Below are positions 8,525 through 18,493 of a stretch of DNA of 36,561 nucleotides, one piece after another (position 1 is the stretch's first letter; each line of letters starts with the position of its first letter). Origin of the DNA: an uncultured Verrucomicrobiales bacterium. GTDB lineage: Bacteria; Verrucomicrobiota; Verrucomicrobiia; Verrucomicrobiales; DEV007. Under the pieces are notes generated by a model. That model saw only the letters and a program-made list of their open reading frames with translations, had not been told where the DNA came from and searched no databases. The position numbers and the translations under genes were made by a program. The DNA lies in NCBI GenBank assembly GCA_938091905.1, contig CALKOM010000028.1, positions 1 through 36,561 on the forward strand, given 5' to 3'.

Positions 8525-9214
8525 GGTTGACCATGACTTAAGCGAGGCTCGCTGGCAAATTCAAGCAGTCGGTCTGAATTAATTATGATTCAAGTGAGTG
8601 TTAGTTCTACGATTCATGCTGAGCGGTGCTAGCCATCCAGAGTCCCACGTGATCTGTTCGCCTATGTCAATGGTGCTAACAAGGCTCGCATGCGAGTAAA
8701 CGTTGAGCGTCATGTTCTCGATGTCCATACGGTCCTGAGTGGACACATGCCTTGGAAAACATTTGTCCCCCGGGTATCGAACATCGAGTGGGCAGGGCGC
8801 GAAAAGCTCTTTGCTTGAGAACTCTTTCTGACGTCTTTCTCGGGCAAGCAACCTGCTGAAGCCGAAGAGACGAACGAGATCGAGGAGTGCCAAGCCCTTG
8901 CATCGATAGACGAGGAACTTCCCGTCGATGAGGAGCGGGCCATTGCCAGCGGTTGGTTGCCCAAGGACTAGGTCATAGACCCCATTCGGCTTGAGGTAGA
9001 AGGAAACCTCGAAAAGCGAGCCCTTGCTGAGATCCCGGAATCCTGGCAAAGGTATTAATAGCAGGCGTGTGGGGCCGGGATCGTCCTGGGACGCGTGGCG
9101 AGAAGCGGAGGGCTTCGCTGACTGGACAGCCCAAGCAACATGAGAGAGTCTGCAGCCCGAGGTTCTCTCCCCTTGCCAAGGAGGATTGCGCACCCTTAAC
9201 TAGGAGGCGAGTCC

Positions 9215-10078
9215 ATGGATCGTAAAGAACTTCGTAAACAAGTCACACAGTCGTCGCATACCGAGGCGGAGGATGATATTCGAAAGGCTTGGCAGAAGTT
9301 TGCGGCGATCATTCTTGTAATTTTCGCCATCCTGATGGTGATTCTGTCGGTTGTGCTCATTATCCGAGGCACTGCTGAGGTGGACGAGCCTACTGTTGTG
9401 CAAGAAATACCTCCGCTGTCTTTAGGGGAGTTCTCTCTCCGCGCAGTTGAAGTTACTCGCGCCTTTCTTGAAGCAGACACCGTGCTTGATAAAGCGAATC
9501 AAGTGATGGAGCCGCGGCGTGTCATGCCACTCATGGAGGACTATTACAGCAAGGTTCCCATGGAGGATAAGAAGTTGTTAGAGCTGAGCGGCGAGAAGTT
9601 TCACGTGGCCGAAGAGCGTGATTTTCTTCTGGCCGATGTGATCTTTGAAGACAACAGTCGAGCATCTTGGGTCTTCGAAGCAAATGACGAGGGGAAGGTG
9701 AAGATACAATGGGAAGTTGCGGTGGGCTATTCCGACAAGGATTGGGAAAGGTTTATCGAAACCCGGGATTCGGAAACTGGTACCTTTCGTGTCTTGATGG
9801 AGTTCATGGTGACGAATCCGTATTTCAACTACGACTTTGAGGATTCAGAAACGCATTCGTGTTTCATGATCCGCCATCCGCTGTCAGATAAGTTTGTTTA
9901 CGGTTATTTGGAAACGGTGTCGGATGCGCACAAAACATTCAATGCCGTTCGTATCATGTCAAACTTGAGGTCTTTGCCAGTCATCGCAAAGCTGCGTTTT
10001 CTTGAGAATGGTCAGCCTGACCAGGTGCTTATCGAAGATATTGAGACATTCAGCTGGATTTCCGGCATCGATATGTGA
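9215..10078 (+). CDS. Hypothetical membrane-anchored periplasmic protein
   Basis: 287 aa with a GGAGG SD before the ATG, one strong TM helix (FAAIILVIFAILMVILSVVLII) and a globular C-terminal domain. Confidence 0.8.
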   Translation: MDRKELRKQVTQSSHTEAEDDIRKAWQKFAAIILVIFAILMVILSVVLIIRGTAEVDEPTVVQEIPPLSLGEFSLRAVEVTRAFLEADTVLDKANQVMEPRRVMPLMEDYYSKVPMEDKKLLELSGEKFHVAEERDFLLADVIFEDNSRASWVFEANDEGKVKIQWEVAVGYSDKDWERFIETRDSETGTFRVLMEFMVTNPYFNYDFEDSETHSCFMIRHPLSDKFVYGYLETVSDAHKTFNAVRIMSNLRSLPVIAKLRFLENGQPDQVLIEDIETFSWISGIDM

Positions 10079-10096
10079 AGAAAGCGGCCTGCCCAA

Positions 10097-10330
10097 TTAG
10101 ATAAGCCGCCACACAAGGAAAACGAGGCCGGACCAAAGAAGGAGTGGTGTGCCGATCCAGAGTGCGAAAGCTAGGGTGCCTGAATAGCGAGAGCATGCCC
10201 TGGCGGGCTTCCGAGGCTTAACAGCCCGCCCAGAAGGGGCCGAACGTCTCGAGAAACGGACCGGTGTCGCTTCGGGGAGCGACGAGGGCAAGGGATTGGG
10301 GAGGGAGGACATCACTTGTCTTTCCTCCAA
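10097..10330 (-). CDS. Possible small tail-anchored membrane protein
   Basis: 77 aa, P/R/S-rich N-terminus and a hydrophobic C-terminal helix. Co-oriented just downstream of the GH2 gene. Start uncertain. Confidence 0.4.
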   Translation of the reverse strand: MEERQVMSSLPNPLPSSLPEATPVRFSRRSAPSGRAVKPRKPARACSRYSGTLAFALWIGTPLLLWSGLVFLVWRLI

Positions 10331-10366
10331 TAGACGTTGCCCAGAGGTGGGTTTATCAACTTATTG

Positions 10367-12628
10367 TCATTCTTTTGATTCAAACCGCACATCGAGTAAG
10401 CCACAGTCGATGTACTGGCCGCCTTTGGTTTGCTTTGCGTGAATGGCGATCAGGTTCTTACCTTCCTTTAGAGCGGCTACGGCTTCTGAAGATGCCAGCA
10501 AATTCTCGTAGTTCGAGGTGTAGCCGGCCAGCTGGTCCACTTGGCGCCCGTTGATGTAGATTGTGGCATCTTCGTCATGGTAAATCCTATAGTTTAACTC
10601 GCTTACTGCGACCGAATCCAATGTGAACTGGCGTCGAATCCAAAGGTCGTTCGTTGACCATTCGGTCTGAACGACCGTATTCGGCGTTTCATTTGTCCCG
10701 AAACCAGCTTCGCCCTCTTTCCAAACGGTGTCATCAAAGTCCGGCGTGTACCAATCTTCACCCGGCGCTTCTACCGTGTAGCGCCATTTCTGGGCCATTT
10801 CTTCGCTGGTGGGAAGCAAGGTGGTGCGGGTGATTGTGGGTAGTGGCCCATACACTTGCTCATTCAGGGCACGAATGGCGGGGACGTCGAACTTCACGCG
10901 TTTGCGATCATAGGTCATGAGGCCATTGACCTCACCTTCAACGTCCGTGGTCTGTGTGTAAATGGCCGCTGCTAGGCCGCTCTTGATGAGGGGAAAGAGT
11001 TGACGCGTGATCCGTTGATAGTTCCGCCAGAGTTCGTCGGCGGTCTCGTAAGTGCGGTAGCCCCAATTGCGCTTGTCCCACCAGAGATGATCCTCCAGGG
11101 GGAGCCCGAGACCACCATACTCACCGAGAACGGCCACGCGGTTCTCTGAAACAGGCGGCATGGCAGGACCCGGGTAAACGTGAATGTCATGCATATCGCC
11201 GGTTCCGCGATCAGTCCAGCCGCTCGGGCCATCTATAAGCCTCGAGGGATCAAGGTCTTTCGCCCAGGCGAGGATCTCATCGGTCTTGAACTGGCCCCAG
11301 CCCTCATTGAAAGGGACCCAGGTCACGATGCTAGGATGGTTGTGTAGAAACGTGACCATTTCCTCATACTCTTGCTGATACTGGGCTTCGGATTCTGCCG
11401 TGCGGGTGATGTCTTCTTCGTCTCGCTTGATGGGCCGGTCGCCATTCGGCATGTCTTGCCAGACTAACAAGCCTTTAAGATCACACCAGAAATACCAACG
11501 CGCCGGCTCCACCTTCACGTGCTTGCGGGCCATGTTGAATCCGAGTTGCTTGGTGACGGTGATGTCGTGCTGTAGAGCGGCGTCGGTGGGTGCGGTGTAG
11601 AGGCCGTCTGGCCACCATCCTTGATCGAGTGGGCCGAACATGAAGAGAGGTTCATTGTTTAGCATCAGGCGGTTCACACCTTCAGCATCCTTACCATAGG
11701 AGATCTTTCGCATGCCTGCATAGCTGACGACGGAATCGACTAAGCTGCCGTTCTCATCGATTAGGTGAACGCGAATGGTGTGAATGAAGGGATCTTGGGG
11801 TGACCACAAGCGCGGTTTATCGATATCAAGTTGGAGTTCCTGATTCAGAGCACCCGTCAATTCAGCAACGACTTTACGCCCGGCGAGTACTTCGACCTTC
11901 GCTTTCAGTCCGGCAATGTCCCCATCGGTGGAAACCGTGAGCCGTAGGCTATTCGTGTCGATGTCAGGAATCGTCTTGAGTTGGGTGATGGAGGCTTCTG
12001 GAATTGGCTCAAGCCAGACGGTTTGCCAGATCCCGGTAACGGGTGTGTACCAGATGCCCTTGGGGTTCTCGACCTGTTTGCCGCGGGGTTGGGTGCCAGC
12101 ATCGGTGGGATCCCAAACGCTGACCACAAGTTCCTGATCTTCGGCCTCAGTGAGAGCTTTGCTGATCTCACAGTGAAAGGGCGTGTAGCCGCCGCGATGC
12201 TCGCCGACGGGCTTGCCGTTGACGAAGACCTGAGCGTGCCAGTCCACCCCACCGAAGTGTAGGAGCACCCGATCGTCTTGCCATTGTTTGGGCACGGAGA
12301 ATGGGGTCTTGTACCAGAGGCGCTGGTCTTTGCCGACCCTCTTGCCGACACCTGAAAGCGCGGACTCGACTGCAAACGGTACGAGGATCTTGCCGTCCCA
12401 AGCTTCAGGTTGAGCAGCGTCCTTCTCCGTGATGGCGTATTCCCATTGGCCATTGAGGTTCCCCCATACTTGCCGCACGAGTTGAGGTCGGGGATAGTCA
12501 GGAAGCGGTTTGTTAGGAACGACAGACTTTGCCCAGGCACTCATCATGCCATCGCCAGCGGGCTTCCATTCTTGAGCGTGCCCTACGGTCAACAGGGCAA
12601 TAAAGAGAAGGCTACAATGGTTCGTCAT
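10367..12628 (-). CDS. Secreted glycoside hydrolase family 2 with C-terminal carbohydrate-binding-like domain
   Basis: Signal peptide, YPRPQL, NLNGQW, LHFGGVDW, HRGGYTPF, GIWQTVWLE, LDQGWWPDG, acid/base motif WVPFNEGWGQ, nucleophile region LGEYGG, and a C-terminal WIRRQF..HDEDA..YING domain. Confidence 0.93.
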   Translation of the reverse strand: MTNHCSLLFIALLTVGHAQEWKPAGDGMMSAWAKSVVPNKPLPDYPRPQLVRQVWGNLNGQWEYAITEKDAAQPEAWDGKILVPFAVESALSGVGKRVGKDQRLWYKTPFSVPKQWQDDRVLLHFGGVDWHAQVFVNGKPVGEHRGGYTPFHCEISKALTEAEDQELVVSVWDPTDAGTQPRGKQVENPKGIWYTPVTGIWQTVWLEPIPEASITQLKTIPDIDTNSLRLTVSTDGDIAGLKAKVEVLAGRKVVAELTGALNQELQLDIDKPRLWSPQDPFIHTIRVHLIDENGSLVDSVVSYAGMRKISYGKDAEGVNRLMLNNEPLFMFGPLDQGWWPDGLYTAPTDAALQHDITVTKQLGFNMARKHVKVEPARWYFWCDLKGLLVWQDMPNGDRPIKRDEEDITRTAESEAQYQQEYEEMVTFLHNHPSIVTWVPFNEGWGQFKTDEILAWAKDLDPSRLIDGPSGWTDRGTGDMHDIHVYPGPAMPPVSENRVAVLGEYGGLGLPLEDHLWWDKRNWGYRTYETADELWRNYQRITRQLFPLIKSGLAAAIYTQTTDVEGEVNGLMTYDRKRVKFDVPAIRALNEQVYGPLPTITRTTLLPTSEEMAQKWRYTVEAPGEDWYTPDFDDTVWKEGEAGFGTNETPNTVVQTEWSTNDLWIRRQFTLDSVAVSELNYRIYHDEDATIYINGRQVDQLAGYTSNYENLLASSEAVAALKEGKNLIAIHAKQTKGGQYIDCGLLDVRFESKE

Positions 12629-12707
12629 TCATCCACCAAACGTGCAAGCGGATGATGAGGCAAGGCAATGATGTGGAAGGTGTGGACGAGACGTCTGGCG
12701 ACTTCCG

Positions 12708-13400
12708 CTACGCGAGCTTGATGGCGCTGATGATGCTCTTCACGTGCTCGAGCTGGCCCCAGTGTTCAGAAGATTCTAGCGCTTTCTTCACGTCTTCGGC
12801 TACCTGCGGATAGCCGTAACGTGGATGAGAATCGTGGAAACCGATGCGACCGCCAACTTTGAGGTAGGGCGACCAGTCGGTGAAGTCGAGGTAGGCTTGG
12901 TCGTGATTGCCATCGATCCAGAGGAAGTCGATTTCGTCTTTCCAGTCTTTCACCGCTTCCTGAGAAAAGCCCTCGATGAGGGTCACTCGGTCACCGGCAC
13001 CTAACTTGGCCATTCGCTGAGCGACAAGTTCTTTGGTAGGCTTGTCTTCAAGTTCGACACAGCCATCTGTGCGCTCGGCTTGGGTGTCGAGGTCCGAGTT
13101 AAAGGGATCGATCGAGCAAATGCGCACATCGCGACTCTCAGTCCCTTTTACCAAGTAGCTTGTGGAAAGCCCGCCGTAGCAGCCGATCTCGACAATGGTG
13201 CCACCCTGTGGTACCTCACTCGCCCATTCATACAGCATGCCCGCCTCCGTGTGTCTGATCATGCCGCCGAAGCCCATCTTATCAAATTGGTGCCCATAGA
13301 GGACGCCCATGAGGTTGTGATAGACAGGGCGTGAGAAGCCACTGATCACTTTGGGACCGTTCTCGGAGTAGGCACGTTGAAAGAAGTCGGCGTTGCTCAT
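12708..13400 (-). CDS. Class I SAM-dependent methyltransferase (Methyltransf_24-like)
   Basis: IVEIGCYGGLST, SIDPF, IDFLWIDGNH and LKVGGRIGFHD motifs. Confidence 0.88.
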   Translation of the reverse strand: MSNADFFQRAYSENGPKVISGFSRPVYHNLMGVLYGHQFDKMGFGGMIRHTEAGMLYEWASEVPQGGTIVEIGCYGGLSTSYLVKGTESRDVRICSIDPFNSDLDTQAERTDGCVELEDKPTKELVAQRMAKLGAGDRVTLIEGFSQEAVKDWKDEIDFLWIDGNHDQAYLDFTDWSPYLKVGGRIGFHDSHPRYGYPQVAEDVKKALESSEHWGQLEHVKSIISAIKLA

Positions 13401-13410
13401 GGTGGAAAAG

Positions 13411-15333
13411 TTAGAGTTCCTGTTTCTCGTAGAGTTTGCGGTAGATCGGGCTGCTGTCCATCAATCTCGCATGATTGCCCCGCGCTGAAATCCGCCCTTG
13501 GTCGAAGACGAGGATTTCATCGGCCAGCTTTAAGGTGGCGAATCGGTGCGCGATCATGAGGACTGTCTTTCCTTGCATCAAGCTGTCGAGTTCGGCTTGC
13601 ACGAGGCTCTCGCTCTCAGAGTCGAGCGCGGATGAGGCTTCATCTAGGATGAGCAGTGGTGAGTTGCGCAGGAAGGCTCGGGCAATGGCGATGCGCTGTT
13701 TCTGACCACCGGACAGGCGAGTGCCGCGATCACCGACGAGTGTGTCAAAGCCATCAGGCTCATTCTCAATAAATTCGCGAGCATTTGCCTGCTGGGCCGC
13801 GCGGAAGATGTCTCCTTTGCTGGCATCCGGTCGACTCAGTCGGATGTTTGCCATGATGGTATCATTGAACAGGACAGGATCTTGCGGAACGAGTGCGATT
13901 TGATTTCGGAGGTCTTTAAGTCCGAGATCGCGCAAATCGTGTCCATCTAACAGGATGCTGCCTGTTGTGGGGTCATAGAAACGCATGACCAGGTTGATGA
14001 AGGTCGACTTGCCTGCTCCACTCGGTCCGACCAGGGCATATGTCTTCCCGGGCTCGAGCGTGCAATCGATCCCGCGCAGCACGGGATGGTCTTTGTCAGT
14101 GGTATATTGAAAGCTAACGTTATTAAAACGCAGTTGTCCGCGAACGGGCTCTGGGAGGGGCTTGGCGTCAGGTTTCTCTTCGACGATGATAGGCGCTTTG
14201 AGCACCTCTTCAATGCGGTCTAGTGAAGCAACGCCGCGTTTGAGTGTGTTGTTAATTGCTCCCATCTTCTTGATGGGTTGATAGCACATGTGCAAGGCTA
14301 GGAAGAGCGCAATGACTTCATCAACGCGGAGATTGAGCTGCGAGTTGTAGGCTACATAGATAGCACCCGTGATGGCCATGCCCGTAATGAGTTCGATCAC
14401 TGGTGATAGGCTCTTGTCGTACTTCACCACGCCTAGCTGATACTTGAGGAACTTGGAGACGGCGTGACCAAACTTCTCTCGTTCGCTGTCTTCGAGAGAG
14501 AAAGCGCGCACCTCCCGAACGGCGCCAAGATTCTCGGAAGCCACTTCTGTTACGGTGCCGCTTTGTGCTTGGAGTTGTTTCGCACGGCGGGTGAGCTTCT
14601 TACCGATGTAGCGGATTGGCAGGACGCAAACGGGAATGGCGGCGAGGCAGAAGAGGAGAAAGAGGTTCTCTTGATGGGTGACAGAAAGCCAAACGAGGAA
14701 GCCTAAGGCAGCGAGGAAGGTAAAGGGTTCTCTAATGAGACTATTAGAAACTTCCACAATGCACTGTTTTACCAAGTTACAATCGACCATGAGGCGGCTG
14801 ATGAGGTCACCCTTATTCTGGTTTTGAAAATAGCTTACCGGAAGGTCTTGGAGCCTGGAGAAGACCTGACCACGCACTTGCTCAAGTACCTTAACGCCAC
14901 AGTAGGCGGTGAGGTAGACGTTGAAGAAGCCCGCAATGGCGCGGATGAAGATGGTGAGCGGAAGAAGGAGTAGTGTTTTTGTGAGGAGGGATTCGTCCTT
15001 TGTCTTGGGTTGCCAGTCGACGGGCTTCTTATCGATGAGCACTTCGGCCCCTTTCTTGTCGAGTCCGGTAGCGGTAGATACTCTATCAATGAGTAATTTG
15101 GAGTCTTCGTTGACTGGTGCTTGGTCAATGATGGCGTAGGCGGCTTCTCGCTGTTCGATCGAGAATTCGCCGCTATTAGCGAAGATGACAGGAATGTTCT
15201 CCTTGACCACATAAGGAAAGCCAAGACCACTAGCCACCGCGTAAAGGAGGCCACAGAGGATGGCGACAAAGAACGCGACTTTGTAAGGCGCTAACAGCCC
15301 GTAGTAGGGGGTGAAACGTTTAAGACTGGTCAC
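13411..15333 (-). CDS. ABC exporter, fused permease/ATPase, MsbA-like
   Basis: N-terminal multi-TM domain, Walker A GPSGAGKST, Q-loop VPQD, LSGGQKQR, LILDEASSALD and IAHR. GTG start. Confidence 0.92.
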   Translation of the reverse strand: MTSLKRFTPYYGLLAPYKVAFFVAILCGLLYAVASGLGFPYVVKENIPVIFANSGEFSIEQREAAYAIIDQAPVNEDSKLLIDRVSTATGLDKKGAEVLIDKKPVDWQPKTKDESLLTKTLLLLPLTIFIRAIAGFFNVYLTAYCGVKVLEQVRGQVFSRLQDLPVSYFQNQNKGDLISRLMVDCNLVKQCIVEVSNSLIREPFTFLAALGFLVWLSVTHQENLFLLFCLAAIPVCVLPIRYIGKKLTRRAKQLQAQSGTVTEVASENLGAVREVRAFSLEDSEREKFGHAVSKFLKYQLGVVKYDKSLSPVIELITGMAITGAIYVAYNSQLNLRVDEVIALFLALHMCYQPIKKMGAINNTLKRGVASLDRIEEVLKAPIIVEEKPDAKPLPEPVRGQLRFNNVSFQYTTDKDHPVLRGIDCTLEPGKTYALVGPSGAGKSTFINLVMRFYDPTTGSILLDGHDLRDLGLKDLRNQIALVPQDPVLFNDTIMANIRLSRPDASKGDIFRAAQQANAREFIENEPDGFDTLVGDRGTRLSGGQKQRIAIARAFLRNSPLLILDEASSALDSESESLVQAELDSLMQGKTVLMIAHRFATLKLADEILVFDQGRISARGNHARLMDSSPIYRKLYEKQEL

Positions 15334-15484
15334 GGGTTAGGGAAGCCATCGGTCATGTCGGAACGCTCGGAGAGCACTCTGGCGAAGCCTTGAGCAGAAA
15401 CGGCGGGCAAACAAGGAAAGGTTCCCCTGTGGAGGCGGATTTTTATCTGGCGGTCAGGCAATCTTCAACGAAACTCGCAGGGAA

Positions 15485-16297
15485 ATGCAGGGCCTCGTAG
15501 ACTACCACATGCACACTCCCCTCTGTCATCACGCAGAGGGTCATCCACGGGCCTACGTTGAGGTCGCTGCAGAGCGAGGGCTTACCGAAATCGGGTTTTC
15601 GTGCCACAGCCCGATGATGGCCGAATTCGATGACTGGCGCATGAGCATTGAGGAGTTTCCACGTTATCTAGAGATGGTGGAGGAGGCGCGGGTGCATGGC
15701 GAAACCTTGGGTGTGGCCGTGCGCTTGGGTCTAGAGGTGGACTACTTGCCGGGGCACGATCCGTGGATCGGTGAACTGACCAAGATGGCTTCTTGGGATT
15801 ATCTTATCGGCAGCGTGCACTACCTCACGACGGAACTGGTGGTGGATCATCCAGAGCATCTGAGTCAGGTGGAGAAGCTCTATAGTCCTGAGGCGGTGTG
15901 GGAACTCTACTGGGAACTCTACGAGCGGGCCATTCGGACGAAACTTTTCGATTTCATGGCACATCCGGATTTGCCGAAGAAGTTCGGGCGAGTGCCGGAA
16001 GGAGATCTTTCGAATTACTATGCGGGAAGTCTTATCGCCATGCACGAGACTGGTACGGCCTATGAGATTAACACGGCTGGTTTGCGTAAGCCTGTCGGCG
16101 AGCTCTATCCGACTTCTGAGTTCCTTAGCCTTGCACGTCGAGCTGGGATTGCGTTAGTGATTGGATCTGACGCGCATGCTCCGGAAGATGTGGGGGCAGG
16201 CTTTGATAGAGCGATTACCGCAGCCAAGGAGGCAGGCTACACGCAGTTAGCTCGTTTTGAGAGACGGGAACGGACGTTAACGGATTTTAGAGAATGA
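15485..16297 (+). CDS. Histidinol-phosphatase, PHP (HisJ) family
   Basis: DYHMHTPLCHHA, LGLEVDY, DYLIGSVH, AHPDLPKKF, EINTAGLRKP and GSDAH. Confidence 0.9.
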   Translation: MQGLVDYHMHTPLCHHAEGHPRAYVEVAAERGLTEIGFSCHSPMMAEFDDWRMSIEEFPRYLEMVEEARVHGETLGVAVRLGLEVDYLPGHDPWIGELTKMASWDYLIGSVHYLTTELVVDHPEHLSQVEKLYSPEAVWELYWELYERAIRTKLFDFMAHPDLPKKFGRVPEGDLSNYYAGSLIAMHETGTAYEINTAGLRKPVGELYPTSEFLSLARRAGIALVIGSDAHAPEDVGAGFDRAITAAKEAGYTQLARFERRERTLTDFRE

Positions 16298-17169
16298 ACC
16301 TGCGCGCTCGAGAAAGATCTATCAGTTTCCCGCGTCGCCCATTGCTAATGGGCATCGTGAACATCAATGACGATTCGTTCTGCGATGATGGGACGTTGGA
16401 AGTCGATGCTGCGATAGGGCATGCCGTGCGATTGGCGAGCGAAGGTGCGGACATCATCGATGTCGGAGCAGAAAGTGCCCGTACGAATCGCGAGGCGATC
16501 TCTGTGGACGAAGAGACTGGACGTTTGCTGCCCTTTCTTCGGCGAATGAATCTGGCGCTGAGCATGGTGAGCCCACGGGATGACGATCAGGTTTGGCCAC
16601 CGCTGATTTCGGTCAATACTTGGCGCTCGGATGTGGCTGAACCGATTCTGTCAGAGGGGGTGGATCTCTTGAACGACATCAGCGGGCTGACCGAGTTGAC
16701 CAATGCCGAGCTGTGTCTCAAGCATGGTGTGAGCCTGCTCATCATGCACACTGTGGGGTTGCCTAAGGTGCCGCACTTTCACGAGAACTACGACGATGTG
16801 TGGGCGGCATTGTTCGCGTTCTTTGAAGACCGGGTGACGAAGGCGAAAGCGCTTGGCTTGGCGGATGATCAGCTGGTCCTTGATCCAGGTATCGACTTTG
16901 CGAAACAGTGTAAGGATAATCTGAAGATCTACGGTCAGCTCGACCGGCTAGTCGGGCGTTCCAAGTCGCCCGTGCTGCTTCCCATCTCTCGAAAGACTGT
17001 TATTGGAGATGTCCTGGACCTTCCAGATCCAAACACCCGTGACGCGGGTACCGTGGCTTGCCTGGTCGCTGGCATGCGGCGTGGCGCGCATATCTTCCGC
17101 GTGCATGATGTTGCAGCGATGCATGCTGCATTGAAAGTAATCTGGTCTGTCGAGAAAGTGTCGGTCTAA
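16294..17169 (+). CDS. folP: Dihydropteroate synthase
   Basis: MGIVNINDDSFCDDG, GADIIDVGAESAR, NDISG, LDPGIDFAK, SRK and RVHDV. 4-nt ATGA overlap with the upstream gene. Confidence 0.92.
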   Translation: MNLRARERSISFPRRPLLMGIVNINDDSFCDDGTLEVDAAIGHAVRLASEGADIIDVGAESARTNREAISVDEETGRLLPFLRRMNLALSMVSPRDDDQVWPPLISVNTWRSDVAEPILSEGVDLLNDISGLTELTNAELCLKHGVSLLIMHTVGLPKVPHFHENYDDVWAALFAFFEDRVTKAKALGLADDQLVLDPGIDFAKQCKDNLKIYGQLDRLVGRSKSPVLLPISRKTVIGDVLDLPDPNTRDAGTVACLVAGMRRGAHIFRVHDVAAMHAALKVIWSVEKVSV

Positions 17170-17174
17170 CGGTT

Positions 17175-17927
17175 ATGGAAGGTGTCGCGATCAGCCAGGA
17201 GTTTGAGGCTTGGTTTCCAGACAAGTCCTTTCATGGGGTGGCTGGGCAGTTTCCGTTGGAAATCGAAAGTCATCGCAAGCGTACGTTGGTGTGTAAAGAG
17301 ACGCTGGCGAGCCCGGGGGGAGAAACCCTCACCGTTTACTTTAAGGTTTATGCGTCGCGTAGCAGGGTGTTGGACGGCTTCGCTAGGCGTTCGCGAGCGT
17401 TGAATGAGGCTGCTAATCTGGATCGGTTTGATGCCTGGGGCATTCGCACTCCAGGAGTGGTCGCACGCGGATATCGTCGTCGGTTAGGTGGGCTTTGTGC
17501 TGATCAAAGTTTTATCATTACTCGAGCGGCCGACGCCCAATCATTGGTGGAGAGGTGGGCTAGCAAAACGATGCCAGAGTGTGGTGAGGTCCGGAACGCT
17601 GTCATCAGGGAATTGGCAGAGCAAACGCGCGTGATGCATGAACAACGCTTCTTCCATCAGGATCTCAAATGGAGGAACCTCTTGGTAGATGAGGCGTCTC
17701 AACTTTGGTGGATCGATTGCCCTTCAGGGCATTTCGGCCGCTTTCCGTGGCGATTTGTGCATGGGCGTATGAAAGACTTGGCGTCCTTAGACCACGTTGG
17801 CAAAGATCGCTGTACGCCTGAAGAACGACGTCTCTTCTTATCGGTCTATTTGGGGACGCAGGAGGAAGACGTCATTGAGCGTTGGGCTCGTCTGGTCGTG
17901 AAGTATCGCGAAAAACGATTCCACTAG
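17175..17927 (+). CDS. Lipopolysaccharide kinase, InaA/WaaP/Kdo family
   Basis: YFKVY, SRALNEAANL, catalytic loop HQDLKWRNLL, WIDCP and KDLASLD. Confidence 0.85.
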   Translation: MEGVAISQEFEAWFPDKSFHGVAGQFPLEIESHRKRTLVCKETLASPGGETLTVYFKVYASRSRVLDGFARRSRALNEAANLDRFDAWGIRTPGVVARGYRRRLGGLCADQSFIITRAADAQSLVERWASKTMPECGEVRNAVIRELAEQTRVMHEQRFFHQDLKWRNLLVDEASQLWWIDCPSGHFGRFPWRFVHGRMKDLASLDHVGKDRCTPEERRLFLSVYLGTQEEDVIERWARLVVKYREKRFH

Positions 17928-18220
17928 TCGTTTTTCAACTGAAGTGGATTCCGTATTCATTTACCACCTGCGTGGTTTAGGAGAGGCAAACTGATGTCAG
18001 TCTCGCTTCCAACCACGAAAGCTGCTTGCGTCCTCATGCGCCTGCCATTTGGCAGTCCTGGGGTCTAGGATGGATGTGGTCATAGGGGCTGACGGTGGGG
18101 AGATGATTAGGATGTGTTGGCAATTATCTAAACTAAATTAAAATAAATCACGTTGGGTTATTCTGTGCGGTTACGAAAAGTGGGTGTTGACCAAAGGGCG
18201 CCTTCGGCCCTGCGTGTTTT

Positions 18221-18412
18221 GTGGAATGGATCCCAGTGACTTGCCCTACCTGTTTCGAGACTTTCCGAATTCCTCCGCCTGATGCGAGCGAGGTTTCGGC
18301 GCAGCTCGACTATGACTGTGAGGTCTGCTGTCGTCCGATGACGTTGTCGGTCTACGAAGATGAGCTAGGCGATGTTTGCGTGGAGGCGTATGGACTGGAT
18401 GATTCGGAGTAA
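18221..18412 (+). CDS. CPXCG-motif-type cysteine-rich small protein (zinc ribbon)
   Basis: VTCPTCFE..DYDCEVCCRP pattern, 63 aa, GTG start. Confidence 0.8.
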   Translation: MEWIPVTCPTCFETFRIPPPDASEVSAQLDYDCEVCCRPMTLSVYEDELGDVCVEAYGLDDSE

Positions 18413-18493
18413 TTAAATAACTGTTAGAGATCCTGTATCTCTGCCGTCAAAAGTGTTGCTAATTCAGCCAGAGTTGCTTCTTTCACCCTTCCT

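Noticed and set aside
17980..18040. c-di-GMP-I riboswitch
   Set aside because: GGCAAAC and GGACGCAAG fragments lie on opposite strands and the GNRA-capped stem architecture is missing.
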